Position numbers and translations under genes: made by a program. A stretch of 64,000 nt of DNA from Podarcis pityusensis (Eukaryota): NCBI GenBank assembly GCA_964106645.2, contig OZ067039.1. One strand, written 5' to 3'. Shown here piece after piece: positions 62,521-64,000 of the stretch; position 1 is the stretch's first letter; every line of letters begins with the position of its first letter. The notes under the pieces were generated by a model. The model saw only the letters and a program-made list of their open reading frames with translations, was not told the DNA's origin and made no database searches.

Positions 62521-63500
62521 CATGGTATTCAGTCCCATTTCTAGAAAACTCTCCTCCCTGCTAGCTGCATTAGAAGACGCCTGTTCAAATTTCAATTCCT
62601 CTTATATTTGATAAGGCGAGACTCACTTTAGGGGAGCTGCCTGCAAGACTAGTCTGAAGATTGCCATAAGTATAACCCCTCCCCACCAAATGCTCTGCAG
62701 AGCCTTTTTTTGGCAGGGCTTCATCCAGTTCATGAGAGAGAAGCAAATAGTGATGGGATCCCATAAAGAAAAATAACCTTCACGGAACAGGGAGACTCCA
62801 AGGTCACTAGAAGCAACTACTAGGCTCAAGGGCTGCTGAACAAGGCTAGGAAAGTGTATTGACCTTGATGGATTAAAATTCTACCCAGCTCTGCAAAATA
62901 TTCCCATGATTCACTGCTGCCAATATGCCAGTCAGATTTGCCCCAGTTCATGTGCAAAGTCAACCAAGGTTTCTGGGCTACTCGAGCAACACAGCACACA
63001 AGAGGCAGCTCTCAATGACAGGGCTCCACATTGCGTCCCTAACACCTGAAAAATACGTGGACTGTCCTTGGCGAGATCTCAGAAGCAAAGCCACTTACAG
63101 CCACGTTCAGTTAGGGCTCTCCACTCTCTCCAAGCCCCCAACCCCCCCACCTCAAAACGGTAGGGAACAGATCTCCTGGAAAAACAAGACAGGCCAAATC
63201 AGATAGACAAAGTGATGCTTTATTCAACATATCAAGACTAAGAAGTTTACCCTTCTCAGAAAACACGCTAAAATACACACAGTTTCCCGCGAAGAAAAGG
63301 GGTTGTCGAGATTGGGGGGGGGGAGGTATCAAACACGAAGAGACAAAAAAAGTATGCCTGTTTGGCTAGAAACACAGATGGAACAGGTGCACATGGAAGG
63401 AGAGGGGCCGTCTTCCTTCCCTACAGGGTACTATTGCACATTGAGATACCACAGGTTGGCACTTTTGACACAGACAAGGCAGGTTTCCTCTATACGTTAC

Positions 63501-64000
63501 CTGCAGCCAAGCTATAAGTGGCAGTGAAAGGCTGGGATGACTCTTCCCCCTGCCCTCCAGGCGTCTTCTGGGGAGCTGGCGAGGCCTGCAAAGAGTGCTG
63601 CTCCCAATCCACGGGGGCCTTGCTGCCGGTCTCTTTGGGGAGCTGGTCCTTGCTGCCCTCTTCGCTCTCGAGGGAAGAGAGGCCGGGGCTCTTCCCACAG
63701 CTGTCGGTGGAGTGGAGGTGGAAGGCGCCAAAGACGTCGCAAGAGGCGGCAGAGTTGGTGGAGGCTGGGGTCTCGGTGCCAGCGTCGCCGGAGCCCAGCT
63801 CGTCAGACTCCTCCACGGAGTGGGGCAAGGACGGCTTGCCCGGGAAAGATGTCGACAGGCACACGGCTGTTTTGGCGAAGCCCGGGTCCTTCAGGAGATC
63901 GGCGTCCAGCTCGGCTTCCTCCTCGGAGGACACGGTGGGCTCAGTGGGCGGGTCGCCAAGGACTTCGTCAGCAGGCAGGGTCTCCGCCTCATCGTCTCCC
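63501..64000 (-). CDS. PRR36: PRR36-like penultimate coding exon (partial; continues beyond window)
   Basis: Open, CpG-rich frame from 64000 (GDDEAETLPADEVLGDPPTEPTVSSEEEAE...ETPASTNSAASCDVF...STDSCGKSPGLSSLESE...SLAA) to donor GCAG|gtaacg; phase 1 joins the last exon in frame. Confidence 0.8.

Overview
Vertebrate genomic DNA. The repeat content (tRNA-derived SINEs, Tc1/Tigger- and hAT-type MITEs, L2/CR1 remnants, a Penelope-type fragment) suggests a squamate, probably a lacertid lizard; this is inference. Three protein-coding genes can be reconstructed by hand with phase-consistent GT-AG junctions. (1) PRKACA (PKA catalytic subunit alpha, + strand): exons 2-10 at 26797-38722 and a ~2 kb 3'UTR ending near AATAAA 40782. 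The canonical myristoylated exon 1 (MGNAA...) was not found in the window. (2) SAMD1 (+ strand): complete, 5 coding exons 46222-52464, ~493 aa, starting in a CpG island. (3) The last two coding exons of a PRR36-like gene (- strand, C-terminus ...[11 protein letters not shown]), convergent with SAMD1. The most informative part is the 26.8 kb upstream of PRKACA exon 2. It holds a 190-nt alternative first coding exon (3177-3366) clearly homologous to the Cbeta2 N-terminus (a 'CalphaL'-type isoform, ~399 aa). It also has a CpG-enriched patch ending in two tandem ATG-NNN-G|GT mini-exons (13156-13162, 13257-13263) resembling the Cbeta4/Cbeta3 arrangement, and a further phase-1 candidate exon (ending 20040) flanked by a MEF2 site and a full CRE. 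An antisense Penelope-type minimal hammerhead ribozyme motif lies at 10954-10993. Family and orthology assignments come from recalled reference sequences, not from searches.
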